In this document: positions 22,871-34,261 of the stretch, one piece after another
How positions within the stretch are numbered: the stretch's first letter is position 1
Layout of the letters: each line of letters opens with the position of its first letter
Assembly: GCF_011386835.1 (NCBI RefSeq)
Contig: NC_088803.1
Span: forward strand, 37,696,001-37,760,000
DNA from: Chrysemys picta bellii
Lineage: Eukaryota
Direction: 5' to 3'
DNA length: 64,000 nt
Notes under the pieces: model-generated
The model's input: only the letters and a program-made list of their open reading frames with translations
What the model was told of the DNA's origin: nothing
The model's database searches: none
Position numbers and translations under genes: made by a program

Positions 22871-23574
22871 TTACTGTAGCTACTAAAGATTATCATACGT
22901 TCTAAACTGACCTGCGTGTTCCCCACTGCATCAACCACCTCAACGTTACTTTCATAACGAAAGGGCTTTGTGGTCCTTGAAATCTTGCTTGTGCCTCATT
23001 TCAGGGATAGATATATTAAACAATATTTCACCTGCACAAACATTGCACTTGCATAATCTTGCTTTTAACCTAGTACATGTGAAGTTAGTTTGGGGTTTTT
23101 TTCCTCACTACCTGTCCATATTTTGATAGAATTGGTGTTAAAAAGCAAACTTTCTCTATGAGGGAGTTTTTCCCCCTCAAAGCTGTTTGAAGGAGTTTTT
23201 GCTAGGATGAAGTCCTCTTTTATCTCCATATGCTAGCCATAAATTATTGGTGGTGTTGGTAAAGGGATAAACCTTAAAGGGCTCACAGTTGGGGATCTGT
23301 TCAGAAAACTTCCTCTCACCTGTGTACACTCCTTTAAAAAGAGAAATTGACGTCAAATCTTGACCTGCCTGGGGACTTTTTCTTCTCCTTTTTTTTTTTT
23401 TTTTTTTTACGAAGCTCCAGATTAGCATACTCAGCAGTACGCAGTCCCTGTCTTTTGGTAAAGATAAGCATTTTGAAGAGAGAGCCAGCCAGTAAAAGGT
23501 ATTGCCATTGTCACATGGCTCTATCGATGAAATTATGTTTTCTTTTAGTTGAGAAGTAGTTTGTTTGTGGGACA

Positions 23575-23803
23575 GGAGTGTGAACTAGTGGTTAATACAG
23601 CAGACTGGTAGACAGGATTCTTCGGTTTCACTCCAGACTCTCTCACTGACTTTGCATGATCTTGAGCTAGTTGCTTCACCTCTCTGTACCTCAGTTTTGC
23701 CAGCTATAAAATGGATATAATTCCAATGGATATACTTTCATAAGGCTACTATTGATGTTCGTGAAATGCTATGTGGTGCTCAGGTTCAAAGTATTAATAT
23801 TAA
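23575..23803 (+). mobile_element. MIR-like CORE-SINE, near full length
   Basis: tRNA-like head CTAGTGGTTAATACAG, then CORE TGATCTTGAGCTAGTTGCTTCACCTCTCTGTACCTCAGTTTTGCCAGCTATAAAATGGATATAAT. Confidence 0.7.
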
Positions 23804-25184
23804 GTAACAATTATCCTTGTTGACTTGGGGAGGAGGGGCACCATATTATGGAGTATTGAGCGATAAGTGTTTAGAGTTTCATTTTTAAAAAAAGGTATGG
23901 TCCAAGAACATTATTTTAGCTAATGGACAATATTCTCAAACAATGTGCATGCCCGGTTCCTGAGACTACCTGGACAAATCAGGTAATTGGATGTGATGTG
24001 GCTAATTAGGAGCATCTACTTGAGTGCAATGTGGTGATAACGAGCCATAATTTGGCACTATGCTGGTCATTCTTTTACATGCCTGATATTATAAATCAGC
24101 ATAGGGAGGGGGGAATAATTTCCTAAGCAGCTCTATTCTCTATGTAGGCCATTATATAGCATTCATCACTGTGGTATCTGCCTAATTTCAGAAATGTAAG
24201 GATACTCACTGATGTAATTTGAATTACTCATTTCTAGAGCACCGGACTACTAGAGTGTTCTTATTAAAAAGATTACAAAACCTGGGCATTTACAGTGGCT
24301 CACACATGACTGAATGCATGCAAATAAATCCCTGCATTTTAAAATGTCTCTGTTTACCTTTACTAGACACTCAATTTACTTGTTTGGCAACTGCAAAGCT
24401 GTAACATTTAGCATGTTTTAAAACAAGCTGTTAAAATACAGGTGCTTTTACTAGCAGACAGATTTCTTCTTTCGCAAGTAACAATGGGCAAATACTATGC
24501 AATAAAATATATAAGCTTAGTTAATAGAAAGGCAAGGACCCAATTTGTTAGAACAAGTGTTAGGTTGCTATTGTGCTTTTTTATCCTTGTAGCTGTAGGT
24601 GTGTATATACAGTGTGTTATTCACAAAGAAAATGTTGATGGTTTAAATTAGACGGCCAACCTTCTCTCCCTCTTACAGCTACATACTTGTGATTAGAGGT
24701 GACACTTCAGTTAACTGTGTAAAAGGGAGGGGCTGGTGGCAAGGCATTTTCAGCTATGGAACTCTTCTGGTCTAACAGAGCCTTATAACTCTCCAGTCCC
24801 TGTCATAGCTAGGCACCTTTGGGAAGGTTATGTTTTCTGAGATGACCACTAAGCATTGAGATGACCCGGTGACTTTGCAAAGAGGGAAACAGATTCAGCA
24901 AAGCACTTAGGTACATGCTTCAATCTAATTGAAGGCAATAGGAGTTAAACACCTGTTTAAGCACCATGTGTAATGATAGTGGGAACTTTGGAATAGTGTT
25001 ATGGGGGGAATCATTATGTAGTGAGCCTTATTAGCAGAAACATTGTTCCTACAGACTTGAAACTAGCCAGGCAAGACAGCAACATCTATCTGTACAGTTC
25101 TCAGCAACAAATAGTGGTTACTGTTACTTTAAAAGCCTGCGGTATCTTTTCTGTTATAATGGCAAATTGGCAACAGCTATTACA

Positions 25185-25195
25185 TGGTGTCAGAA
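25185..25195 (+). promoter_or_regulatory. Primer binding site, complementary to the tRNA-Leu(CAA-type) 3' end
   Basis: TGGTGTCAGAA directly follows the 5' LTR and is the reverse complement of ...TTCTGACACCA, the vertebrate tRNA-Leu-CAA 3' end (recalled). Confidence 0.7.
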
Positions 25196-25236
25196 CAAAA
25201 CTATAAGTAAGAAAAGAGAAAAACAAACCTTAAAAA

Positions 25237-28200
25237 ATAGGGGAGGGCAACTAAAGCCTCCAGGAAAGTTAGTGGTTGAAGGAGATGCAGCAGAAAACTG
25301 GAGAAAGTGGAAGCAAGGATTTGAGCTGTAAGCATTGCGAGTGGTAGAGACAAAAATGATGAATGGCTGCAAATAGCATGATTTCTTCCTGTGGCAGGTG
25401 ACAAAACAAGAGAGGTATTTAATACTTCTCAATTTCATGATGCAGTACATCAAGACAAAATACATGTCGTAAAGAATAAGTTTGAAGCATACTGTGCACC
25501 ACAAAGAAATGTGATGTATCAGAGGCACACATTTTTCACCACAAGTCAGACAGATGGGGAAAGCATAGACCAGTATGTGACTGATTTAAAACTGGCAGTA
25601 CAAATCTTGCAAATTCGGAGAACTGTGTGAATCCCTCATTAAGGACCACATTGTGTGCGGTATTGCATCACAGCTAGATTGTGGCGGAGACTAATTTAAC
25701 CCTTGAATGTGCTGTGGACATATGTCATGCAGATGAAACAACTGCAAAACAATTGAAACATGAACCAAAAAACCCAAGTGCATACATTGCTGCATAAGTC
25801 CACCTTTAAGAAGCACCCAGATATGGAGTCATGGGCTGGAGGGCATCCTGCAGCTAATAAAAGCCAGCAATCAAAAGAAATTTAAAAGGAGCAGTCAAAG
25901 GCAAGTAAGGGTTATTATAAATGCAGCCATAGCCAAGCCATAAGGAACTGTCCTGCGTATGGGCAAGAATGCCAGAGATATGGCAAAAGTTGCCAAAATG
26001 TGCAATCTGGAAAGGAAGAATCCCAGGGTAAACTGATGTTTACCCTCACAGAAGCAGATGAGCACTTGCAAGATCTGTTCCTCAGTTTGCTGAGTACTGA
26101 GCCTTCCAAGGATTAATAGAACGTGGATTTACTCATTAATGGTCACAAAACTGTGAGTTTTAAGATCAATATTGGGGCACAGGTCAATGTGAGGTCTATA
26201 AAGTTATACATCACTTTATGGACTGAACCACTTCGCAGCTTGAGTAGCCACCTGATAACCTATCCATAGGAAAATCTGCATGTACGTGTAACTGCAACTT
26301 CGGCTGTGAGTATTGGGATAAGAAAGCATTGCTGGAATTTCAGATGGTGGAATTTGGGTAGGCTTGCAGACTGTGACAAGTTTAAATTTAGTGCAAAGAG
26401 TCAATATGGTAAAGGAAGGACCAGAAGGTGACTGAGATATATTTAAAGAATTCAAGGATATATTTGAAGGTTTAGGTTTTTTGCCAAGTAAGCACATCAT
26501 AAAGATGAAATCATAAGTGCCACCTGTAATTCATGAACCTTGTAAAGTTAATGCCATGAAACCATGGCATTAAGGGACAAAGTAGAAAAAGAATAACACG
26601 GCATGAAACAGTTGCAGATAATAACAAAAGTGCAAGAACCTAAATGGGTCAATTCTATAGTAATTGTGCACAAACTAGGTTAAGATGAAATAAAAATATG
26701 CTTGTATCTAAGAGATATGAATAAAGCAATATGAAGGGAACATTTTCAATTGACTACAGTAGAAGACATCACCAGCAAGTTAGAAAAGCTACAGTTTTTA
26801 CATTTTAGATGCCAGGAGTGGATTTTGGCAAATACAACTGGATGACAAAAATTCTAGTTTCTGCACATTCAACACAGCATTTGGCAGATAGGGGTTCACC
26901 AGACCTCCTTTTGGCATCTGTTCAGCTCCTGAAGAATATCAACCAATATTTGAAGGTCTGGAAGGGGTTGGATGTTATATAGATGACACAATGATGTGGG
27001 GAAATACCAGAAGAGAACATGATGAAAGGCTCAAGAGTTCTAGACTGGCGTTGTGAAAGGAACCTGCAACTGAACAAGAACAAATGCAAATTGGTCCTGA
27101 CAAAGATAAAATATTTGGGACATCACTTGACAAAAGAAGATCTAAAACCTGACAACTCAGAAATTGTGGCAATAACTGAAATGGCTATACCAGCCTGAAA
27201 GGTTGAATTGCAAAGATTTCCTGGAACGGTTACTTATTTTGGGGAATTTATCCCACATGTGTCAATACTGATGACTGTTGGGAAAAGATGTCAAGTTCAC
27301 CAGGATTCCAATGCATGAGGTGGCATATGAACACTTGAAAGAGTTGCTGACAAGGGCACCCATGCTGAAGTACTTTCATGACAAAGAACCAGTTACTGTG
27401 TAAGCGGCTGCATGTTCTACCGGATTAAGAGTGCTATTGCTGCAAAATGGGGCTCTCCCATTGCTTATGCCTCTAAAACTCTGACAACTACACAACAGAA
27501 CTATATCCAGATACAAAAAGAAATGCTGGCAATAGTTTTTTGGCTGTACTCAATTTTATCAATCTAAAGGAAAAAGTAGTGGTGAAAACAGACCACACGC
27601 CACTTGAGGACATTTTCATTAAACCTTTGCACAGTGCTCCACCAAGGATCTAAAGATGGTTGCTAATGCTCTAGAAGTATCAACTGAAAGTTGGATACAG
27701 ACCAGGGAAAGAGTTAGCAATTGATGATGCTTTATCCAGAGCATACATGTTGCATCGTGAGGGAGTAAGTTTAGAGGAAGATGATGTTGCAATACATCTC
27801 ATGATGTCGTATTTGCCTGTTTCAGAACTGACACTGAAGGAATTTCAAGCAGCTACTTCAAGTGATGTTGTCCTGCAAAACTTAGGACAAACTATTTTGC
27901 AAAGATGGCCAGACAAAAGACCTGAAGTACCAGAGGGTATCTGTGCTTACTGATCATATAAAGAGGAACTAAGTGTGCAAAATAGACTTGTCTTTAAAAG
28001 TGACAGAATCATAGTACCGGAAGGTCTCAGAAAAGAGATCTTGGCTGTTAATCATGAGAATTATCTGGGAGTAGAATTGTATAAAAGGAGAGCTCAAGAT
28101 GCTGTCAGTTGGCCAGGCATGTGTAGCCAAATTGAGGACATGGTACAGTATTGCAACACATGTCAGATCTTCAGAAACAGAAATAAAAATGAACCATGCT

Positions 28201-28520
28201 ACCACATGAAGTCCCAAAAAGACCTTGGCAGAAACTTGGCATGGGCCTGTTTGAGTTTCATGGCCTAGCCTAAAATTAAGACAAGCAGAGCAGACATATT
28301 TCTTTGACGAAGGTATAAACCCTTTATCACCACTGGAAAATGGAGATACTGTTTGTAATCATGTAAAAGGAGACTGGAAGTCTTCACAAGGGATTGACCA
28401 ACACACTGCTCCAAGATCTTATCTTGTTGAGATAGAGGAAGGAGATGTCTATAGAAGAAACAGAGAGGATTTTATGATCTCTGAAAGGATTGTGCAGGAA
28501 GGGAATGAAAATATGGCACA
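25237..28520 (+). pseudogene. Disrupted Gypsy gag-pol
   Basis: Gag KPPGKL..ENWRKWKQGF and FEAYCAPQRNVMYQRHTFF..QTDGESIDQYVTDLK. Zn-knuckle CPAYGQECQ. Protease FKINIGAQVN (26158-26187; DTG decayed). RT YIDD (26976-26987). RNase H PIAYASKTLTTTQQNY. Integrase HHCC NHENYLG...CNTCQ. Many stops and frameshifts. Confidence 0.9.
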
Positions 28521-30998
28521 AACAAGCTTTCAATATCCAGCTCAGAAATGCAAGCAATCATAGACCAGTTTACTGAATCTGAGTCTCAAGTGGTCAGTTT
28601 GAATACAGAAAAAAAGATGGGACACTGATACTATCTCTAAAGGCAGAGTGATAAGAGAACCTGGTAGACAGAGAATAATTGTTCTAGACTCTAAGGATAC
28701 AGCTAAGTAAAAAAATTGAAACTTAGTTACCTTGTATGTATCTAGTTTAAAAAAAAATGTAATGATAGTAGGAACTTTGGAGTAGGATCCAAAGTTACCT
28801 GTAGTGCTGTATAGGGGGAATCATTGTGAGGTGGGCCTTATTAGCGGAAGCATGCTGTTACTTGGAGCTTGACAGGCAAGCCAGCAACACCTGTCCGTAC
28901 AACTCTCAGCAACAAATTAAGTGCTTACTGGTACTTTAAAATCCCCAGTATGTCTTTTTATGTTATAATTGCAAGTTGGCAACAGCTCTACACCCTGCTG
29001 CACAGGGATGTGCTAAAATACATGTGTATGTGCAGTGCTGAATTAAGGCTCCTGTGCCTCTCCCTCTTTGAATTGGAGCCAAAGAGAGTAGCAAAAGGGA
29101 GAGCAGTATACAGAACATGCAGTTAGATAAAAAGCATCAATGTGAGCTAAGTGAGGCCCCTTCGGAAGAACATTGTTAAGCTACTGTTTGATTCAGTAGG
29201 AGAGGCTTCCAGCGCTTTTGCATTGTGCTTGTGTCCTTGAGTCATTGAAAATGGCAAGTCAGCCTTAAAAAAATGCCAAACAAAGACCTGCAGGGTTGTA
29301 ATATTCTAGAAAAAGCAGCACAAGCCTCCCTGGTTTACAAAATTAATTTGAGAATGCCAGCAGCCTTTAATAACCTACAATTTAAAAAGCATCTGCGCAT
29401 CTCACTTATTGTCAGTATAGGCACTGAACTGATGGTGGAAGTGAAAATGAAACACCACCTGCCTTGTCCTGCAGGAGATTCAGTGAATGGCTTTCCTGGC
29501 ATGCAAAACCAGATCAGGCCATATGCCTGCTCTGGCAACATGGCAAAGCGGCTGTGTGCCTGCTCCAGAAATGTGGCAAGGGGACAGCATGCCTCATTCC
29601 AATAGCGTTGGGTGATTCTGAATGATCAAGAGTCCAGTTCTCAGAGTGACTTTATCCTGGTGAAGTTTTACCCGTCACAGGAAGCACCATTTGGGCACTA
29701 CTTCTTTGGGAATATTTAACCCCCACCATTCCCCCTCTTTTTTGGTTATGGGGCTATATAGGCTATTGATACCAATGGCTGCTGTATACCTGTATGAGTC
29801 CAGGATGTCTTGTCTGCAGGAATTTGTTCTCCAATCCACCCAATACTCTGTTTTCATACTTCTGGTTTTTTTTGTACAGCGCTGCTGTGGTTGTTAGAGC
29901 TAATGTAGCTTAAGAAGAAGAATTAGTGAGTGAACTTTCAAAGGTCAGAGGAGATGGCCAGACTGTGATATACAGTTAGACTCAGTCATCAAAGGGGCTG
30001 CACTGGAAAGTAGTAAAGATTACCTTTAAGCCAAGAAAGAGAGGGGCAATCTGTTTAGTTTCATATGCTGAGCGGCATGAGCACATTGTACATTTTATGC
30101 TTGGCAGAACATACATTGAGTATAAGAAAGTCCTAGCATTTCAATAGGGACCAGAGAGGTAGAGAAGATGCTTAGGGAACCTACTCCTTTACAGGTTACA
30201 TTAAAATGTGGGGCTGATAAGTTTCTTTGATAACACCCTCACTGATGTTGTCAGGGAAAAGGATGGGGAATACAGTACATATTTTCTTTGAACTTTGCCC
30301 TGTGAACTCTCTCATGTAGTGTGATTTTCCTGGGGAAAGGTGAAGCATATAAGTACCTTTCCTCAAATTCTTCTATTCACTAGTAGGCATATGGATTAAG
30401 AGAAGAAAGACAAAAAGCCAAAGGACGAAAGGATTGTTTTCCCTTTGACAATGAGATAAAGGTAGGGATTGTTAATAAATAATCTGAGAAATCTAATTCC
30501 TATGTTTTATGAGCCTGATGTGTCCTTGTGGACTTCCCAGACCTAAAGCACGACACTAAGGATACGCACAACACATGCCAGAAAGAAATAAAAACACTAC
30601 TATCACTTTGTCTAAATTTCATTTTCTGGCACCTGGACCAGATGAAGAACCACTATAGTCATCCAGTTGGCTGCAGAAAAACTGGCAACAGAAGCTAGTA
30701 CTTCACTTCAAGTGATCTCTCGATTGAATCCCTTTAAGGGCCTGTAGAAGAGAGTTTGGCAGGAATTCGGGAGCTCCAGGAAGAATATTTAGCTGGGCTT
30801 GGGACAGCATACACTGGGAGAGCATATGTTGTGTTTTATGCTGCTACAGATGGAGGGAGTTTGGCTCAGTCAGTAAATTTATGGGATTATTGACGCATCC
30901 GCAGCCTTTTAGTAGAGAAACTTAAAAATAATGGAAAGTTTGGCCTGATAAAAGACTAGTGCAAGAGAATAAGGTGCAACATACAGCAGGAGCTAGAC

Positions 30999-31829
30999 CG
31001 GGGTGGGCAAACTTTTTGGTCTGAGGGCCACATCGGGGTTCCAAAACTGTATGGAGGGCCAGTGTAGTGTATTAAATTGCTCTCCGTAGGAATGTGCTAC
31101 TTACAGAGCACCAGGACTGGCAGCCATAAGTAGTACACAGTCAGTAGCACATTCCTACGGGGAGCAATTTAATACACTACACCTGGGTAGGGAAGGCTGT
31201 GCCTCCCCAAACAGCCTGGCCCCTGCCCCCTATCCGCCTCCTCCCACTTCCCGCCCCCTGACTGCCCCCCTCAGAACCCCCGACTCATCCAACCCCCCCA
31301 TGCTCCTTGTCCCCTGACCGCCCGCTCCTGGGACCCGCCTCTCCTAACCGCCCCTGGAACCCCACCCCCCATCCAACCCCCGACCCTATCCAAAACCCGC
31401 CGCTCCCTGTCCCCTGACTACCCCAACCCCTATTCACACCTTCGCCACCTGACAGGCCCTCTGGGACTCCCACGCCTATCCAATCACCCCCTGTTCCCTG
31501 TCTCCTGATTGCCCCCCAGGACCCTCTGCCCCATATCCAATTCCCCCACTCCCCGCCCCCTTACCATGTCACTCAGAGTACTAAGACTGGCAACTGTAAG
31601 TAGCACATTCCCACAGGGAGCAATTTAATTACTTCACCTGGTGGCTCTCGCAGCCGCGCTGCCTGGCACGAGCTCGGAGCCTCCCCCACCCAGAGCACTG
31701 GTGGCACGATGAGCTGAGGCTGCGGGGGCGGAGCTGGGGGCTAGCCTCCCCGGCCAGGAGCTCAAGGGCTGGGCAGGACTGTCACACGAGCCGGATGTGG
31801 CCCGTGGGCTGTACTTTGCCCGACCTCCG
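30999..31829. mobile_element. hAT (Charlie-type) MITE, 831 bp
   Basis: TIRs CGGGGTGGGCAAACT / ACTTTGCCCGACCTCCG. Perfect 8-bp TSD AGCTAGAC (30991-30998 / 31830-31837) with the CTAG core. C-rich internal array. Confidence 0.9.
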
Positions 31830-33969
31830 AGCTAGACCCTATCTTTCTGAGGAATTCAGGAAGTGCATCCAAACAAGGATAAACTGTGTAAAAATGAAAA
31901 GGTTCAGAAGTCAGAGCAGAGCACTGAGAGTCAAAGGAGTTCAGTGTGTCTGCTATGCAAGTTGAAGGTATAATACACATTTTGTAATAGGGGAGGAGGG
32001 GACCAAAAAGTAACTCTACTGTCAGAACTCTGAATTGCAAAATATAAATCAGTGGCAGCTCAGCATGAGAATTGTGGATGTTTGGTAGTTCATGGTGCTA
32101 CTTCTTCATATACTTTCTCTATCTACAGAAACCTCAAACCTCAGCCAAATGCTATGCACTTATGTAAGAAAACCTGGTTCATCTTCCTTGGCAGAACATG
32201 GGTCTCATTTCCTTTATGAAGATGCATCTGCCAATGCCACTTATTGCCCCGGAATTTCCCTTTGATTGTTATAAATAATTTATCATTATTGTTTGCCATA
32301 TCACTCCAGGAAACTGTCCATTCCTTTCCCTTGTTTCAGATTTTCTCCCAGAATATTTATATGGTGATATATATTTTATCTTTCAATCACTTCATCCCTA
32401 GGCTCTAGAAATCATTTTCTGTCATACTTTTATTTGTCACTTCCCCAAAGCCCATAACCAATACAGTTGTTTTTTTTTTTTTTTTTTTTTTTTAAATTCT
32501 GACTTCTCAATGTCATTTCCATGATGGGCCTAAAATCCTGCTCTATCTTAAGTGGGGTGTGGGAAAGTGGGCTTGGGAAAAGGAATAGATTCAATGGAGG
32601 CGAGGATTGCATGATGGTAAATGAGAGAAATATGGTCCAGTTAAAAAACAAAACGAATCCCTGCAAAATGAAACCTCTGGCAGACCGAGCATTGCCAAAA
32701 AACTCCAGGTTCTGCTACAAAACTCAGTAGTTTCACATGATTTCATACAAGTAACTTCTTCATTTTTGAGCCTTGTGGTTTCACTGTCAGGTTTGAGTAA
32801 ACCCAGTTCTCACAGTGAAACTCAGTCAAAGCCATTGTGTTTTACCGATCCTTCATCAAAGCGAAACTGGGAAGTCTGACACAACCGCTTGGTCCTAGGA
32901 CTTAGTTTGCTCAAATAGTTTCATGAACCTGAGAGAACCTTCTGAAAAATTTGGCCTGAGTTGTTAGTTGCTCATGAAGTCCAAGCCAAGTGATTTTTGC
33001 ATGATTTGTGTTTTCATGGCAAACGTTTTGCAGAGCTGTGTCACCAGTGCTCTCTGGCCTGATGTTCCCACTACAGTCACCCAGAAGGCAATGAGAGGTT
33101 TTCTCCAATTACCAAACAATTTTCCACCTATCAAAAGAACTCTCTGAATCTCAATATCTCCTTTTCCATTTACTTTAATTACAAGTAGTGTCAAGTAATG
33201 TTTGCACACATGTTCATATACACATAGGAAACCATATATGCAGCCTTTATATACTGGTAAAAAGAATTTCACAGTCATTGATATTAATGACGTGATTTCA
33301 TAGCATTCATTGTTACTGTACAGTGAGAGTATCAATATAGTGACTGCTTATTAGTGTGGAGTGTTAAAATCCTGCTTAATGAAAGACTGTATCACAGGTA
33401 GCTTATGAAAATTGAAAAGTTGCTCTTAGCAAGACTGTTGAACAATGAATGTTTGTTTAAAAATCCTTCAGATAATGTTGGTGGAATTTGAAAGGGCGAT
33501 CTTTATTAGGGAACTAGACATGTTTTAATATGACTTTCTTGGGTACTAGTATCCACAAATGCTTGAGACTTTGGAGTTTTTAAAACAAGAGCCAGACTCC
33601 TTTCTGAATCCTGCTTGGTTTCTATAATTTTTCCAGCAGTCTCAGATCCTGGGAATATTTTTCTTCACTGGAAGGATTACAAATTCAGTGACTATTTCTG
33701 AAAAGGCTATAAAAGTAATTGGGCTATGATGTGTCTGACAAGCTGGAAAACAGAAAATGATCCAACCTGAGGTCATCTGAGTCCTCTTGAGTTCTTTGCT
33801 TTCTACCGAGCAGTAGCTTGCAGGCTATGCTTGAACTGTCAGTGTTACCCCAAAGCATTTGTGTTTGTAATAGAGCTGGGCTCAGGCTGCAAAATTCAGA
33901 CCAAGATCTGGATCTAGATTTCAAGTATCCGAGAGGTCACAGCTTGGATGTGGAAGTTTGGTTCAGTAC

Positions 33970-33994
33970 CGTGTGTGTGTGTGTGTGTGCGCGC
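33970..33994. repeat. (GT)9(GC)3 alternating purine-pyrimidine microsatellite
   Basis: Read directly from the sequence. Confidence 0.95.
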
Positions 33995-34136
33995 AGCTGG
34001 CCTCTGCTACCTTGTCAGTGTTATGAAGTCTTCAAAATTCTCAAACATTGCCTGATCCTCTCATATACTGGAGGCAGCTGTAGTATTGCTCATGGCTTAG
34101 TACCCTTTGTTCCCCTAGACTGGCAAGGCCCAGGTG

Positions 34137-34261
34137 TAGGGTGACCAGATGTCCTGATTTTATAGGGACAGTCCGGATATTTGGCGCTTTTTCTTATATA
34201 GGCTCCTATTACCCCCCCACTCTCTGCCCTGATTTTTCACACTTGCTGTCTGGTCACCCTA
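34137..34261. mobile_element. hAT-Blackjack-type MITE (125 bp)
   Basis: TIRs TAGGGTGACCAGA / TCTGGTCACCCTA. 8-bp TSD CCCAGGTG / CCCAGCTG. Confidence 0.9.

Larger units (their letters stand above)
24969..28992 (+). mobile_element. Ty3/Gypsy LTR retrotransposon (Mag-like gag), two LTRs, degenerate
   Basis: LTRs 24969-25184 and 28758-28992 (TGTAATGATAG...ACA). 5-bp TSD CCATG/CCCTG. PBS TGGTGTCAGAA. gag-PR-RT-RNaseH-IN order. Confidence 0.95.

Noticed and set aside
28500-28757. env gene or chromodomain at the 3' end of the Gypsy element
   Set aside because: Only about 250 bp separate the integrase C-terminal region from the 3' LTR, and no such motif is readable.
29273-29605. 110-aa ORF as a small gene
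   Set aside because: No domain similarity and no clear splice or promoter context. The length is expected by chance in 64 kb over six frames.
32778-32821. 10-bp inverted repeat containing CACAGTG, as a V(D)J recombination signal
   Set aside because: No ACAAAAACC-like nonamer at 12 or 23 nt spacing and no adjacent V or J segment.
32964-33335. 123-aa minus-strand ORF
   Set aside because: No recognisable motifs, AT-rich composition, and overlapping alternative ORFs of similar quality.
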